Positions 1 through 8,289 of a DNA stretch of 64,000 nucleotides are shown one piece after another; position 1 is the first letter of the stretch, and each line of letters starts with the position of its first letter. Below the pieces are notes generated by a model that was not told where the DNA came from, did no database searches, and saw only the letters and a list, made by a program, of their open reading frames with translations. The stretch lies in the IMG/VR virus record IMGVR_UViG_3300033144_005150. One strand, 5' to 3'. Source of the DNA: an uncultured virus (IMG/VR IMGVR_UViG_3300033144_005150) (Duplodnaviria; Heunggongvirae; Uroviricota; Caudoviricetes). The position numbers were made by a program, and so were the translations under genes.

Positions 1-116
1 GTAGAGGGCAGCGAAGGGGCGGGTCTGGGAAGTGATTTTCATGGTCGGGTTTCTCCGGGCTCGTGGGTATTACACAGGGGCGATAGGTTTCATTCCCCGG
101 TGCGTCGAAAAACTAG

Positions 117-308
117 TTAGTCGAGACGTTCAAGCAGTCGAACGCCTGCGGCTACAGGGTCATCATCCGCCTCCGATTCATGGCGGTCTGTTTTGGACGC
201 CACCGCGACCCAACGCCCCTTAAATCCGTTTGCGCGGTTGATTTGCAAAATCCCGTCGCGCATCGCGTCCATAACGGCCAGTGCTTTTTCTGCTCGTGTT
301 TTTTCCAC
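117..308 (-). CDS. small hypothetical protein (cassette array)
   Basis: 63-aa ORF with GTG start directly after a hairpin-TTTCGGGGT element. Confidence 0.55.
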   Translation of the reverse strand: MEKTRAEKALAVMDAMRDGILQINRANGFKGRWVAVASKTDRHESEADDDPVAAGVRLLERLD

Positions 309-378
309 ACCCCGAAAGCCTCCGCGAATCGAATCGCCGGAGGCTGTTTCGGGGCCGGTGGGGCTAGAACGTGCCCGA

Positions 379-615
379 TTAAAATCCGCTCTCCACTAAC
401 ACGAGGTCGGCCCCGTTCAGGGAGGTATCCTCCGCGCGCAGGCGGGCGATCACGCCTTCGTGGGACTCCCCTGGTCGAAGGGTAATGGACCCGCCGCCTT
501 CCACTCGGTGCCAGCCGATATCCCGGTGCTCCCAGAGTTGAGCCGCGCGCCACATTCCCGTGTCGCCACGTGCCGCTGTTCGTAGGTTCTTCATCGTTTT
601 CGTGGTCTTGCTCAT
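379..615 (-). CDS. small hypothetical protein
   Basis: 78-aa ORF downstream of class A motif at 643-670. Confidence 0.6.
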   Translation of the reverse strand: MSKTTKTMKNLRTAARGDTGMWRAAQLWEHRDIGWHRVEGGGSITLRPGESHEGVIARLRAEDTSLNGADLVLVESGF

Positions 616-642
616 GGTCTTGCTCTTGTGATTCGCTAGGGT

Positions 643-812
643 CTACCGGTATCACCGTTGTGTGATTCCCGGAGTTCGCGTCTTTTCGTGAAAAAGATTT
701 GACCCCTCACAGGCCGCACGGATCCCCACGGTACGGGATGCGGAGGCGCCAAATATGTTTGGCAGGCTGCGAGCGGGCTGCGCACCGGGGCCGCTATGGC
801 TCCCGGGTGATA
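643..812 (-). promoter_or_regulatory. class A regulatory module (28-bp motif, 16-bp palindrome, 18-bp palindrome); copies start at 643, 1311, 1992, 4284, 4814, 5293
   Basis: CTACC(G/A)(G/C)TATCAC-N6-GTGATTCCC, with GCCAAA(T/C)ATGTTTGGC 105-107 bp further right in each copy (4390 copy degenerate). Confidence 0.8.
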
Positions 813-821
813 CCCCAGGGC

Positions 822-1073
822 CTACCAGCGCAGGCCCAATTGGGTGGCCCGGCCCCGGTGGGGTCGGAGATTGCCAGCCACGGCCATGGCGGCCACTACC
901 CACCGTGAGGCCGCATAGCCGGCTTGTGGGGCCCGGCCAGTGCGTTGCATGTGCACCACGCAGGCGGCTTCGAACTCGGCCTGTGTGCCCCCGTGGGTGG
1001 CCCGACACTTGCGATAGGTGTCGCGCGCGATCTCGACGGTGGACTCTTGGAGGCGGCTGCTGTCGGTGCTCAC
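822..1073 (-). CDS. small hypothetical protein
   Basis: GTG at 1073 after the same hairpin element as at 308; 83 aa. Confidence 0.55.
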   Translation of the reverse strand: MSTDSSRLQESTVEIARDTYRKCRATHGGTQAEFEAACVVHMQRTGRAPQAGYAASRWVVAAMAVAGNLRPHRGRATQLGLRW

Positions 1074-1128
1074 ACCCCGAAAGCCTCCGCGAATCGAATC
1101 GCCGGAGGCTGGATCGGGCCGGTGGGGC

Positions 1129-1302
1129 CTAGCGGGCCGCTTGGCGCAGAGCTTGGCGAGCGGCACGGCGGGTGATCCGCGAAACGGTGCGCTTGGCCCA
1201 GCGGCTCTGACGAGCACAGGCGGGGCAGGTCTCCCCCGCGCGCCCCAGGCGGCACTGATCGATCCAATAGACGGCTTGCGCGAGCTTGCGTTCCTTGTTC
1301 AC
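1129..1302 (-). CDS. small basic hypothetical protein (CxxC)
   Basis: GTG 9 nt from class A motif at 1311; MNKERKLAQAVYWIDQC... Confidence 0.55.
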   Translation of the reverse strand: MNKERKLAQAVYWIDQCRLGRAGETCPACARQSRWAKRTVSRITRRAARQALRQAAR

Positions 1303-1490
1303 GTAGGAGACTACCGCTATCACCCCTGTGTCATTCCCACCCCGTGAGTCTTTTTCGAGAAAAGATCGCAGACTCGCAGCGACCGCACGGGCCCCCACGG
1401 CACGGGCTGCGGAGGCGCCAAACATGTTTGGCAGGCGGCGAACCGGCTACGCACCGGGAGCCCTATGGCCCCCAGGTGATACGCCAGCCG

Positions 1491-1703
1491 TTAGGCGGTG
1501 ACGGTCTCGATCGTGACGCGGGTGTAGGGAACCCCGGCGTACCATTCCAGGCGCATGGCCTGGACCCATTCGCGCGGGCCGGAGAATTGGACATTCTCAC
1601 TGCCCGATGCGTCCGTTTCGGTCAGAGCTGCGGTGGGGGTGCCACAGGTCGCGGTGGACAGTTCGAGGGTGAGGGCGTGGACGTTGGTTCGTGGGTGTCT
1701 CAT
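1491..1703 (-). CDS. small hypothetical protein
   Basis: ATG after hairpin-TTTCGGGGTG; MRHPRTNVHALTLEL... Confidence 0.55.
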   Translation of the reverse strand: MRHPRTNVHALTLELSTATCGTPTAALTETDASGSENVQFSGPREWVQAMRLEWYAGVPYTRVTIETVTA

Positions 1704-1773
1704 GGTCTCACCCCGAAACCCCCGTGCTGCGTGGGGCAGCATCCGGGGGTGGGGGTCAAAGGGACGGCGCCGA

Positions 1774-1980
1774 TCAGGCAGCGACGGCCGCCTCCAAAGC
1801 GGGACGCAAGCGATCGTGGGCCATTTTGAGGTGTTTCCCGGTGAGCTGCCCGTAGGTGAGGAAGTGCTCAAAGGTATAGCCCATGTGCTCGAAATCCTTG
1901 GAGGTGGGCCCCGTGGTATCGAGGCGGGTGAGGATATCGGCGGCTTGCGCCGGGGTGGCATTCATTCGGACCTTGCTCAT
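1774..1980 (-). CDS. small hypothetical protein
   Basis: ATG 12 nt from class A motif at 1992. Confidence 0.6.
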   Translation of the reverse strand: MSKVRMNATPAQAADILTRLDTTGPTSKDFEHMGYTFEHFLTYGQLTGKHLKMAHDRLRPALEAAVAA

Positions 1981-2210
1981 CTCGCTAGGGACTACCGGTA
2001 TCACCGTTGTGTGATTCCCACCCTTCGCATCTTTTCGTAAAAAGATTTGACCCCTTCACACGCCGCACGAGCTCCGGTGCGCGGCCGGTTCGCAGCCGGC
2101 CAATCATGTTTGGCGGGTCGCGAACCGGCCGCGCACCGGGGAGACCTCCAGCGTCCGGGGATCGATACCCCGATCCCCGACCCCCAGAGCTCCAGCTCCA
2201 GCTCCAGCTA

Positions 2211-2305
2211 CCCCGATCCCCGATCCCCGATCCCCGATCCCCGATCCCCGATCCCCGATCCCCGATCCCCGATCCCCGCGTCCCCGCGTCCCCGCGTCCC
2301 CGCGT
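2211..2305. repeat. tandem repeats (CCCCGAT)x9 followed by (CCCCGCGT)x4
   Basis: read directly; short CTCCAG repeats just upstream. Confidence 0.95.
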
Positions 2306-2600
2306 CCCCGGATCGCCCCGGCACAGCCACCCCTGCGGGTGAGCCCCATCGCCCCGGGTGAGTGGGATTTCATGTTCACAACCGCCGGCCACGGGCGTGC
2401 CCCCGTGCGTCCAGGGATCGGGCCCCCCATGCACGAAACCACTTTTTTCATCACGGGGCACCAACCACCAACCGGGGCCGGGGCCGTCCTGGGATCGCCA
2501 CACGCCGCAACGGCCTTCACAGCACCCTGCGAGCCGGCCGCTAGACGCTCCAAACCCCCGTGCTCCTGCGAGCTACGGGGGTCGATTGCGCCGCTCGGGC

Positions 2601-2756
2601 CTAGAGGATGCCAAGCAGGTGGCGGGCGTCTCCGAGAAACGAGCGGGTGCCGCGGGGGACAGGCTTGCCGTACTCATCGGTGACGGTCTGGCACGCGGTG
2701 GCCATGACGAAAAGGGCGGGAAGGAGGACGACGAGGGCGGTGAGTAGGTTGGTCAT
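2601..2756 (-). CDS. 51-aa protein with hydrophobic N-terminus and Cys (lipoprotein-like)
   Basis: MTNLLTALVVLLPALFVMATACQTV...; below ORF-track cutoff; follows sigma54-like site at 2781. Confidence 0.6.
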   Translation of the reverse strand: MTNLLTALVVLLPALFVMATACQTVTDEYGKPVPRGTRSFLGDARHLLGIL

Positions 2757-2780
2757 TCTGTCTCTCTGCCCTACTAATGA

Positions 2781-2796
2781 TGCACGGTGCGTGCCA
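2781..2796 (-). promoter_or_regulatory. sigma54-type promoter
   Basis: minus strand TGGCACG-CACC-GTGCA, with GG and GC 12 apart. Confidence 0.7.
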
Positions 2797-2847
2797 AAGT
2801 ATCACACGAGTGCCATACCCAACTTAGGTAGCGTGCACCGGTTTGCC

Positions 2848-3005
2848 TATGACACGCGTGTCATACTTATTCCGAATACGACGTTTTATGGTATGACACA
2901 CGTGTCATACCCAGACGCCTCCCGGAGCCCGTTCCGAGATTCCCCAATGATATTACACAGTTGTGATAGGTCCTCAGACCCTCCAACTATGACACGCGTG
3001 TCATA
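2848..3005. repeat. four-palindrome module, copy 1
   Basis: TAT(G/C/T)AC-N6-GT(C/G)ATA at 2848, 2892, 2951, 2988. Confidence 0.9.
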
Positions 3006-3145
3006 CCCGCCAGGCGCCGCACGAGCCTCCACGCCACGAGCTATCGGCCCGCCAAACATGACCAGCGGGGCCTCGAGCCCTCACACGAGCTCACACGGGA
3101 GCCTCTGACACGAGGCCAGGGCTCCTAGGAATTCGCCCGCGACCG

Positions 3146-3514
3146 TTAGGCCGAGGGGCTCCGGTTCCCCGGCAGGGTGGGGGCTCCCGGGTGGTAGGGG
3201 TCGGGCCGGCGGGGTTGCGCCGATCGAGCGCGGGCAGCATCCCGGGCCGTCTCCAGACGGGCCAGCACGGTCGCCAGCATCTCGTCGCCTGTGGGGTACT
3301 CCACACCCACGACCAGCTTGCGGCAGTGCCACGAGGCCGCCAGGGGGTCGAGGCCCATCTCAGACGCCACGCGCTTGGCCTCGCGGGTGTTGTTGCCTCG
3401 CAGCCCTTGCAACCGATCCCACAGGTCAGCCAGACCGGCGCGCTGGCTCGCAGCCGACCGGCTCATGAAACCAACGTAGGAGGAAACGACGCTCGGGATA
3501 CGACTCATGCTCAT
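3146..3514 (-). CDS. hypothetical protein
   Basis: 122 aa; ATG 13 nt from sigma54-like site. Confidence 0.65.
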   Translation of the reverse strand: MSMSRIPSVVSSYVGFMSRSAASQRAGLADLWDRLQGLRGNNTREAKRVASEMGLDPLAASWHCRKLVVGVEYPTGDEMLATVLARLETARDAARARSAQPRRPDPYHPGAPTLPGNRSPSA

Positions 3515-3520
3515 GCCCTC

Positions 3521-3721
3521 TTAGGATGCACACTCCGTGCCATTTTCACGATCCCGTTCAAAGTTCACGGCCAATTGTAGGGCCGTCGCTCCCCGGAACC
3601 CGAAGCCGGTCAGACCCTCCCCGCACCATTGCAGCGCAAAGCCGGTCAAGCCCACGAGACCCACAAGGGCCGTCGCCACACAGGCCAGGGCCAGGACGCC
3701 GGCCCTACGCATTGGGGCCAC
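3521..3721 (-). CDS. small membrane protein
   Basis: hydrophobic segment; follows 3705-3965 in an apparent operon. Confidence 0.5.
   Translation of the reverse strand: MAPMRRAGVLALACVATALVGLVGLTGFALQWCGEGLTGFGFRGATALQLAVNFERDRENGTECAS
3527..3542 (-). promoter_or_regulatory. sigma54-type promoter
   Basis: TGGCACG-GAGT-GTGCA. Confidence 0.75.
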
Positions 3722-3965
3722 CTCGCAGCACGAGCCTTGCTTCGTTGCCGCTTAGGTCATAGTGGACCGGGGGAGTGTCGGCACCCTCCGGGGTCTCGAC
3801 CATATCAGCCAGCACAGACGCCAGGACCGTCTCAGGCTGGACCGGGACCGTGGGGCCGCTAAGGGTCGCAGCCAACACCGCAACAGTCACACCGGACAGG
3901 CCCAACATGCGGGACGTGTGCAGGAGGTTCAGGACGCGGGATCGAAGGGTCGGAGTCTTGCTCAT
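3705..3965 (-). CDS. small membrane protein
   Basis: MSKTPTLRSR...LGLSGVTVAVLAATL. Confidence 0.55.
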   Translation of the reverse strand: MSKTPTLRSRVLNLLHTSRMLGLSGVTVAVLAATLSGPTVPVQPETVLASVLADMVETPEGADTPPVHYDLSGNEARLVLRGGPNA

Positions 3966-3996
3966 TGTTCTTATCACTTGCACGTAATATGCCAGA

Positions 3997-4272
3997 CTAG
4001 GCGCGGTGCTCTTCGGGGTAGGCCAGCATGGTGCGCAACTCGCCCGCGAGATCCTCACGGTCGGCCCGCAATTCGGGGGTGTCATACCGGCCCGCAGGAC
4101 CCTCCAATTCGTCGGCGGCGGCCTCGACCATCGCCGGGCTCACGTAGTCACCCGCGCCCGTGCTGGACAGGGAGTAGGTGGCCGACCACTGGCCCGAATG
4201 CCACTCACTCACGCGGGTGCACAATTCGGAGGGGAGGATAAGGTCTCGGGTTTCGCTCGGGGTGTTCGCCAT
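3997..4272 (-). CDS. hypothetical protein
   Basis: ATG 12 nt from class A motif at 4284. Confidence 0.65.
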   Translation of the reverse strand: MANTPSETRDLILPSELCTRVSEWHSGQWSATYSLSSTGAGDYVSPAMVEAAADELEGPAGRYDTPELRADREDLAGELRTMLAYPEEHRA

Positions 4273-4489
4273 GCTCGTATGGTCTACCACTATCACCCCT
4301 GTGTGATTCCCGGCTCGTGTCGATTTCTCAAAAGAATCGACCACCCCCACAGGCGGATCTCGAGCCCTCACGCCGCGCCCTAGGGACCCGCCAAATATGA
4401 CCAGCGCCCACAGGCCGGCCGCACCACGGGGCCCCTATGGCGCCCACGTAATAAGGGGCCCGGAAACGGGCCCCCGGGGGTGTGGTGTC

Positions 4490-4783
4490 CTAGCGGACGG
4501 CCACGCGGTATCCCTTGCCGCGTTTCTCGTGGAACTTGTCGAGGCCATCGTACAGGGCGATCGGCTTGCTCGTGCCATTGCGGCCGATGCGACCCCAACG
4601 CCGGGTTACGCTCCCGTTACCGTCTCCCTCAAGCTGCCAGAATTTCTCACTGTGGCGGCTCTCGTTTTCGGCGTTGTAGCCGACGTACACACAGCGCAGG
4701 CGCCAGGGGCGGCCGGCTGTGGAAGCCTCGCGGGCCTCGTTGGGGGAGACGCAGGAATGGACGGGGGTTCGATAGGTGCTCAT
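4490..4783 (-). CDS. stand-alone WGR domain protein
   Basis: SEKFWQL...VTRRWGRIGRNG...EKRGKGY. Confidence 0.8.
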   Translation of the reverse strand: MSTYRTPVHSCVSPNEAREASTAGRPWRLRCVYVGYNAENESRHSEKFWQLEGDGNGSVTRRWGRIGRNGTSKPIALYDGLDKFHEKRGKGYRVAVR

Positions 4784-4995
4784 GTGGTTTTCTCTCTCGC
4801 TCTCTGTAGGGTGATACCGCTATGGGACTGGTGTGATTCCCGGTGTGGGGTGTTTTTCTCGAATCTTTTCGGGGGGTCTCAGGGGCCACAGGGGCCGACT
4901 CGGCACGGCCTAGGACCCTGCCAAATATGTTTGGCAGGCCCCAGATCGACGCCGCAGCGGGGCCGCTATGGCCCCAGTCCCATACGGGGCGCCCC

Positions 4996-5280
4996 CTAGG
5001 CGGCGTCGTATGGGGTCAACCGAATTTGCATCCCCTTGGGGGTGCTCCGGGCTTCAAGGGTGCCCGCAGCGACCGGGAGCATGAGCGCCAGTGCGGCAGC
5101 TTCCTCGCTCACGTCCACAAGGTAGCAGTGGCACAGGGTCTTGACGTAGTACCAGCGGGGGGCCTCCCAGCGGGGCTGAGTGAGGAATTCGCGGGCGAAC
5201 CCGTGAACCTGTCGCAACGTGGCGCCGTCCATGCGACGGGCTCGGGTGAGTTGCTCGGGTGTGGGCTGGTAGGTCTCCAT
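4996..5280 (-). CDS. hypothetical protein, paralogue of 7954-8232
   Basis: YQPTPEQ...QPRWEAPRWY...LCHCY shared between the two. Confidence 0.75.
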   Translation of the reverse strand: METYQPTPEQLTRARRMDGATLRQVHGFAREFLTQPRWEAPRWYYVKTLCHCYLVDVSEEAAALALMLPVAAGTLEARSTPKGMQIRLTPYDAA

Positions 5281-5512
5281 GCTCGTATGCTGCTACCGCT
5301 ATCGCCCTTGTGTGATTCCCGGCCAGGGTCGATTTCTCGAAAGAATCGACCCACCCCACAGGCGAGTCTCGAGCCCCCACGCGACGGTCTAGGGAGGCGC
5401 CAAATATGTTTGGCACCCACAGGCCGGCCCGTACCACGGGGCCCCTATGGCCCCCACGTAATAAGGGGCGACCACATGGCCGCCCCCTCAATGGGACCGA
5501 GGCCCCCGGGCC

Positions 5513-5737
5513 CTAACGCCGGGCTACGGGGTGCTCCCACTGTGAGCGGGCCACCGATTCGACACCCTCACAGATGAGGCCGTAGCCGACACACGCGGCG
5601 AGCATGGTGAGCACAACCGCGCCACCGTTGCCGGGTTGCATCGCGTAGACCAGCGAGCCGACAACCGACGCCAGCACCACGAGAATGAGGGTCGCAAGGG
5701 CCAGGAGGTTCAGGGTGGATCGGGTCTCGTTGCTCAC
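5513..5737 (-). CDS. small two-TM membrane protein
   Basis: GTG 13 nt from sigma54-like site; two hydrophobic stretches. Confidence 0.65.
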   Translation of the reverse strand: MSNETRSTLNLLALATLILVVLASVVGSLVYAMQPGNGGAVVLTMLAACVGYGLICEGVESVARSQWEHPVARR

Positions 5738-5749
5738 ACCCCTATTAGA

Positions 5750-5765
5750 TGCACGCTCCATGCCA
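5750..5765 (-). promoter_or_regulatory. sigma54-type promoter
   Basis: TGGCATG-GAGC-GTGCA. Confidence 0.75.
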
Positions 5766-6000
5766 ACGCTATCACACGCCTGTGATACCCCCACGGCCCC
5801 CGGCCGGCCCCAACTGGCTACTACAGTTGCCTATTACGTGGCTACAATAGCCGCCACGGCTGAGACGCCACAGGGGTCCACACGCCGCAGGCTAGGGAGG
5901 CGCCAAATATGTTTGGCACCTTCCAAAACGACGGCGCCACAGGGCGAGTATGACACGAGAGCCATACCCTAGGGGCTAACCCCGGGAGGGCCCACAGGGG

Positions 6001-6174
6001 CTAGCTCATCCAGCCATTGTCCACAGGGTCTCTGTCGGCCGTCTCCGCGAGGTAGACCACGAAACAGCCCACGGGAAGGAGCAAACAGCCCAACGCATTA
6101 ACCGCGCTCAATCCGAGAAGGGTGAGGCCCCAGGTGAGGACGGCGAGGACGGTGAGAAGCACAACTTCGAGCAT
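6001..6174 (-). CDS. 57-aa membrane protein
   Basis: MLEVVLLTVLAVLTWGLTLLG...; not in ORF track; ATG 13 nt from sigma54-like site. Confidence 0.65.
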   Translation of the reverse strand: MLEVVLLTVLAVLTWGLTLLGLSAVNALGCLLLPVGCFVVYLAETADRDPVDNGWMS

Positions 6175-6186
6175 GCCCCAATTAGA

Positions 6187-6202
6187 TGCACGTCCTATGC
6201 CA
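6187..6202 (-). promoter_or_regulatory. sigma54-type promoter
   Basis: TGGCATA-GGAC-GTGCA. Confidence 0.75.
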
Positions 6203-6252
6203 AGCCTATCACACGCTTGTGATACCCCTCCGGGGTGTGCAGTCTCGTTCGC

Positions 6253-6410
6253 TATGACACCCGTGTCATACTTGTTCCGAATACGACGTTTTACGCTATG
6301 ACACAGATGTCATAGTCCGACGCCTCCCGAGCCGTACCCCGGGATTCCCCAATGATATCACACACTTGTGATAGACCCTCAGACCCTCCAAGTATGACAC
6401 GAGTGTCATA
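6253..6410. repeat. four-palindrome module, copy 2
   Basis: sites at 6253, 6297, 6356, 6393; spacing 44/59/37 as in copy 1. Confidence 0.9.
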
Positions 6411-6562
6411 GCTGTACCACGCCGCGACGAGCCCCACGGTACGGGCTAGCCTCCTGCCAATTATATTTGGCACCTTCAAAATGGACGCCGCCACACGCCG
6501 GCTATGGCACGAGGGCCATACAGGAGCCGGCCCTCGTGGGAGCCGAGCCACACGCCCGGGGG

Positions 6563-6817
6563 CTAGCTCAGCGAAGGCTCTACCGGTTGCGTCTCACGCT
6601 CCCCCTCAGCGGCGTTGCGGGCCTCAACCCGGTTGGCCTTGACCGCATCGGAGAACAGGCCCGCGGCCGTCTCCAGGCTCTCAGTGACCTCGCCGGCTAC
6701 CGTGAACCCCTCGCCGGGCTGGTAGGAGACGCGAACGCCGGAGATCGTGCGCCCCGCTTGGACCCCTTTGGTCTGGGCGTAGGTGCGGAGGATGCGGAGG
6801 AGGTTTGTGCCGTTCAC
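6563..6817 (-). CDS. hypothetical protein
   Basis: GTG 13 nt from sigma54-like site. Confidence 0.6.
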   Translation of the reverse strand: MNGTNLLRILRTYAQTKGVQAGRTISGVRVSYQPGEGFTVAGEVTESLETAAGLFSDAVKANRVEARNAAEGERETQPVEPSLS

Positions 6818-6829
6818 ACCCCTATTCAA

Positions 6830-6845
6830 TGCACGTCCTATGCCA
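6830..6845 (-). promoter_or_regulatory. sigma54-type promoter
   Basis: TGGCATA-GGAC-GTGCA. Confidence 0.75.
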
Positions 6846-6913
6846 AGGGTATCACACGCCCGCCATACCCGCCCCCACACGCCCCAGACGTGAAAAACCC
6901 CGGCCGTGGGGGC

Positions 6914-6998
6914 CAGGGTCTCAGGGTCTCAGGGTCTCAGGGTCTCAGGGTCTCAGGGTCTCAGGGTCTCAGGGTCTCAGGGTCTCAGGGTCTCAGGG
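6914..6998. repeat. tandem repeat (CAGGGTCT)x10
   Basis: read directly. Confidence 0.95.
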
Positions 6999-7000
6999 CC

Positions 7001-7084
7001 CTAGCAGAACATCGCCCCGCCGATGAGGACCGCGAATCCGAGGCAGGGGATGCAGACAGCGACGAGGAGGATGGTTACGAGCAT
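7001..7084 (-). CDS. 27-aa single-TM peptide
   Basis: MLVTILLVAVCIPCLGFAVLIGGAMFC; ATG 13 nt from sigma54-like site. Confidence 0.55.
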   Translation of the reverse strand: MLVTILLVAVCIPCLGFAVLIGGAMFC

Positions 7085-7096
7085 GACCCAACTAGA

Positions 7097-7112
7097 TGCA
7101 CACTCCGTGCCA
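7097..7112 (-). promoter_or_regulatory. sigma54-type promoter
   Basis: TGGCACG-GAGT-GTGCA. Confidence 0.75.
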
Positions 7113-7327
7113 ACCCTATCACACGCCCGCCATACCGGGCCGAATAATCGGCCCCATAGGAGACGCCACAGGGAGGCCCCACGGTACGGGTTGCCTGGGT
7201 GCCAATTATATTTGGCACCCTCCAAAACGGCCCCGCCATACGCCGCCTATGACCCCTGTGTGATACGCAAAAGGAAACCCCCGGAGCCGAAGCTACGGGG
7301 GCCGGTGGGGGCCGGGGCCCCTAGGGG

Positions 7328-7582
7328 CTAGCCCTCGGTGTTCCAACTGTCGCCGTGCAGGCGGGTGTCGGTGGCCCCATCGGCCCAGATGCGGGCGCTG
7401 TACTGGGGGCGCCCGTCACAGGGGGTTACGAGGAAGGACCAGCGGGGACCGAAGGAATCGACCGCGTGGGTCCCACCCACGACCTCACGGGGGAGCAGAT
7501 CAAGCTCAGCCACGAGCGCGCATTTGGCGCCCTCGACGGTGGTGAGAGGGGCAGGAACCGAAACGGTAGCGGTGTTGCTCAT
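7328..7582 (-). CDS. hypothetical protein
   Basis: ATG 13 nt from sigma54-like site. Confidence 0.6.
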   Translation of the reverse strand: MSNTATVSVPAPLTTVEGAKCALVAELDLLPREVVGGTHAVDSFGPRWSFLVTPCDGRPQYSARIWADGATDTRLHGDSWNTEG

Positions 7583-7594
7583 GCCCCTACTCAA

Positions 7595-7610
7595 TGCAAT
7601 TCCCATACCG
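7595..7610 (-). promoter_or_regulatory. sigma54-type promoter
   Basis: CGGTATG-GGAA-TTGCA. Confidence 0.65.
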
Positions 7611-7662
7611 GCCCTATCACACGCCTGTCATAGCGCACTTAGCCACGCCGCGACGCCGGCAC

Positions 7663-7820
7663 TATGACACTGATGTCATACTTTTGCCGAATACGCCGTT
7701 TTACGCTATGACACAAATGTCATACTCAGAGGGCCGCATACGCCGCCTCCCAGAAAACCCTTTGATATCACACACTTGTGATACCCTCCCACACGCCCCA
7801 ACTATGACACTCGTGTCATA
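7663..7820. repeat. four-palindrome module, copy 3
   Basis: sites at 7663, 7707, 7766, 7803; spacing 44/59/37. Confidence 0.9.
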
Positions 7821-7953
7821 CCCTACAGGCACCCTAGGACGCCGCCTCACAGGGGCCGCGGAGGCCGTGGTCATAGTTGGCGCCCAAAATTGGCCCTCCC
7901 CACAGGGGGCCTCTAACGCCGGGGCCCTATATAGGGGCCTCTAACGCCGGGCC

Positions 7954-8232
7954 CTAGTACCGGGGTGCGAGCCTCACTTGGGGCCCCTTGGGGGTGTTGC
8001 GGGCTTGCAGGGTGCCCGCTGCTACGGGGGGCATGAGGGCCAGCAGCATATCGGCCGGGCTCACATCGGCCATGTAGCAGTGGCACAGGGTGCTCACGAG
8101 ATACCAGCGGGGGGCCTCCCACCGGGGCTGGCGTAGGAAGCTCCTAGCGAACCTGTGCACACGCCGGAAGGTCACGCCGTCCATTTGGCTTGCTTGTGCG
8201 ACTTGCTCAGGGGTGGGCTGGTACAGGCTCAT
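7954..8232 (-). CDS. hypothetical protein, paralogue of 4996-5280
   Basis: MSLYQPTPEQ...; ATG 13 nt from sigma54-like site. Confidence 0.75.
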   Translation of the reverse strand: MSLYQPTPEQVAQASQMDGVTFRRVHRFARSFLRQPRWEAPRWYLVSTLCHCYMADVSPADMLLALMPPVAAGTLQARNTPKGPQVRLAPRY

Positions 8233-8244
8233 ACGCCGAACAAA

Positions 8245-8260
8245 TGCACGAACTGTGCCA
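8245..8260 (-). promoter_or_regulatory. sigma54-type promoter
   Basis: TGGCACA-GTTC-GTGCA. Confidence 0.75.
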
Positions 8261-8289
8261 ACCCTATCGCCTGTGTGTGATAGCCCACA

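Noticed and set aside
1985..2553. ORFs with GSGIGDR/PRSPIPD repeats (also SGSQGLRV at 6914)
   Set aside because: These are translations of microsatellites, open in several frames.
748..7216. Integron attC cassette array
   Set aside because: No RYYYAAC...GTTRRRY ends recognised and no integrase in the window; each cassette has its own promoter.
643..7820. CRISPR array in the repeat-rich left region
   Set aside because: The repeats are degenerate, separated by whole genes or by unequal 44/59/37 spacing, and no cas genes are present.
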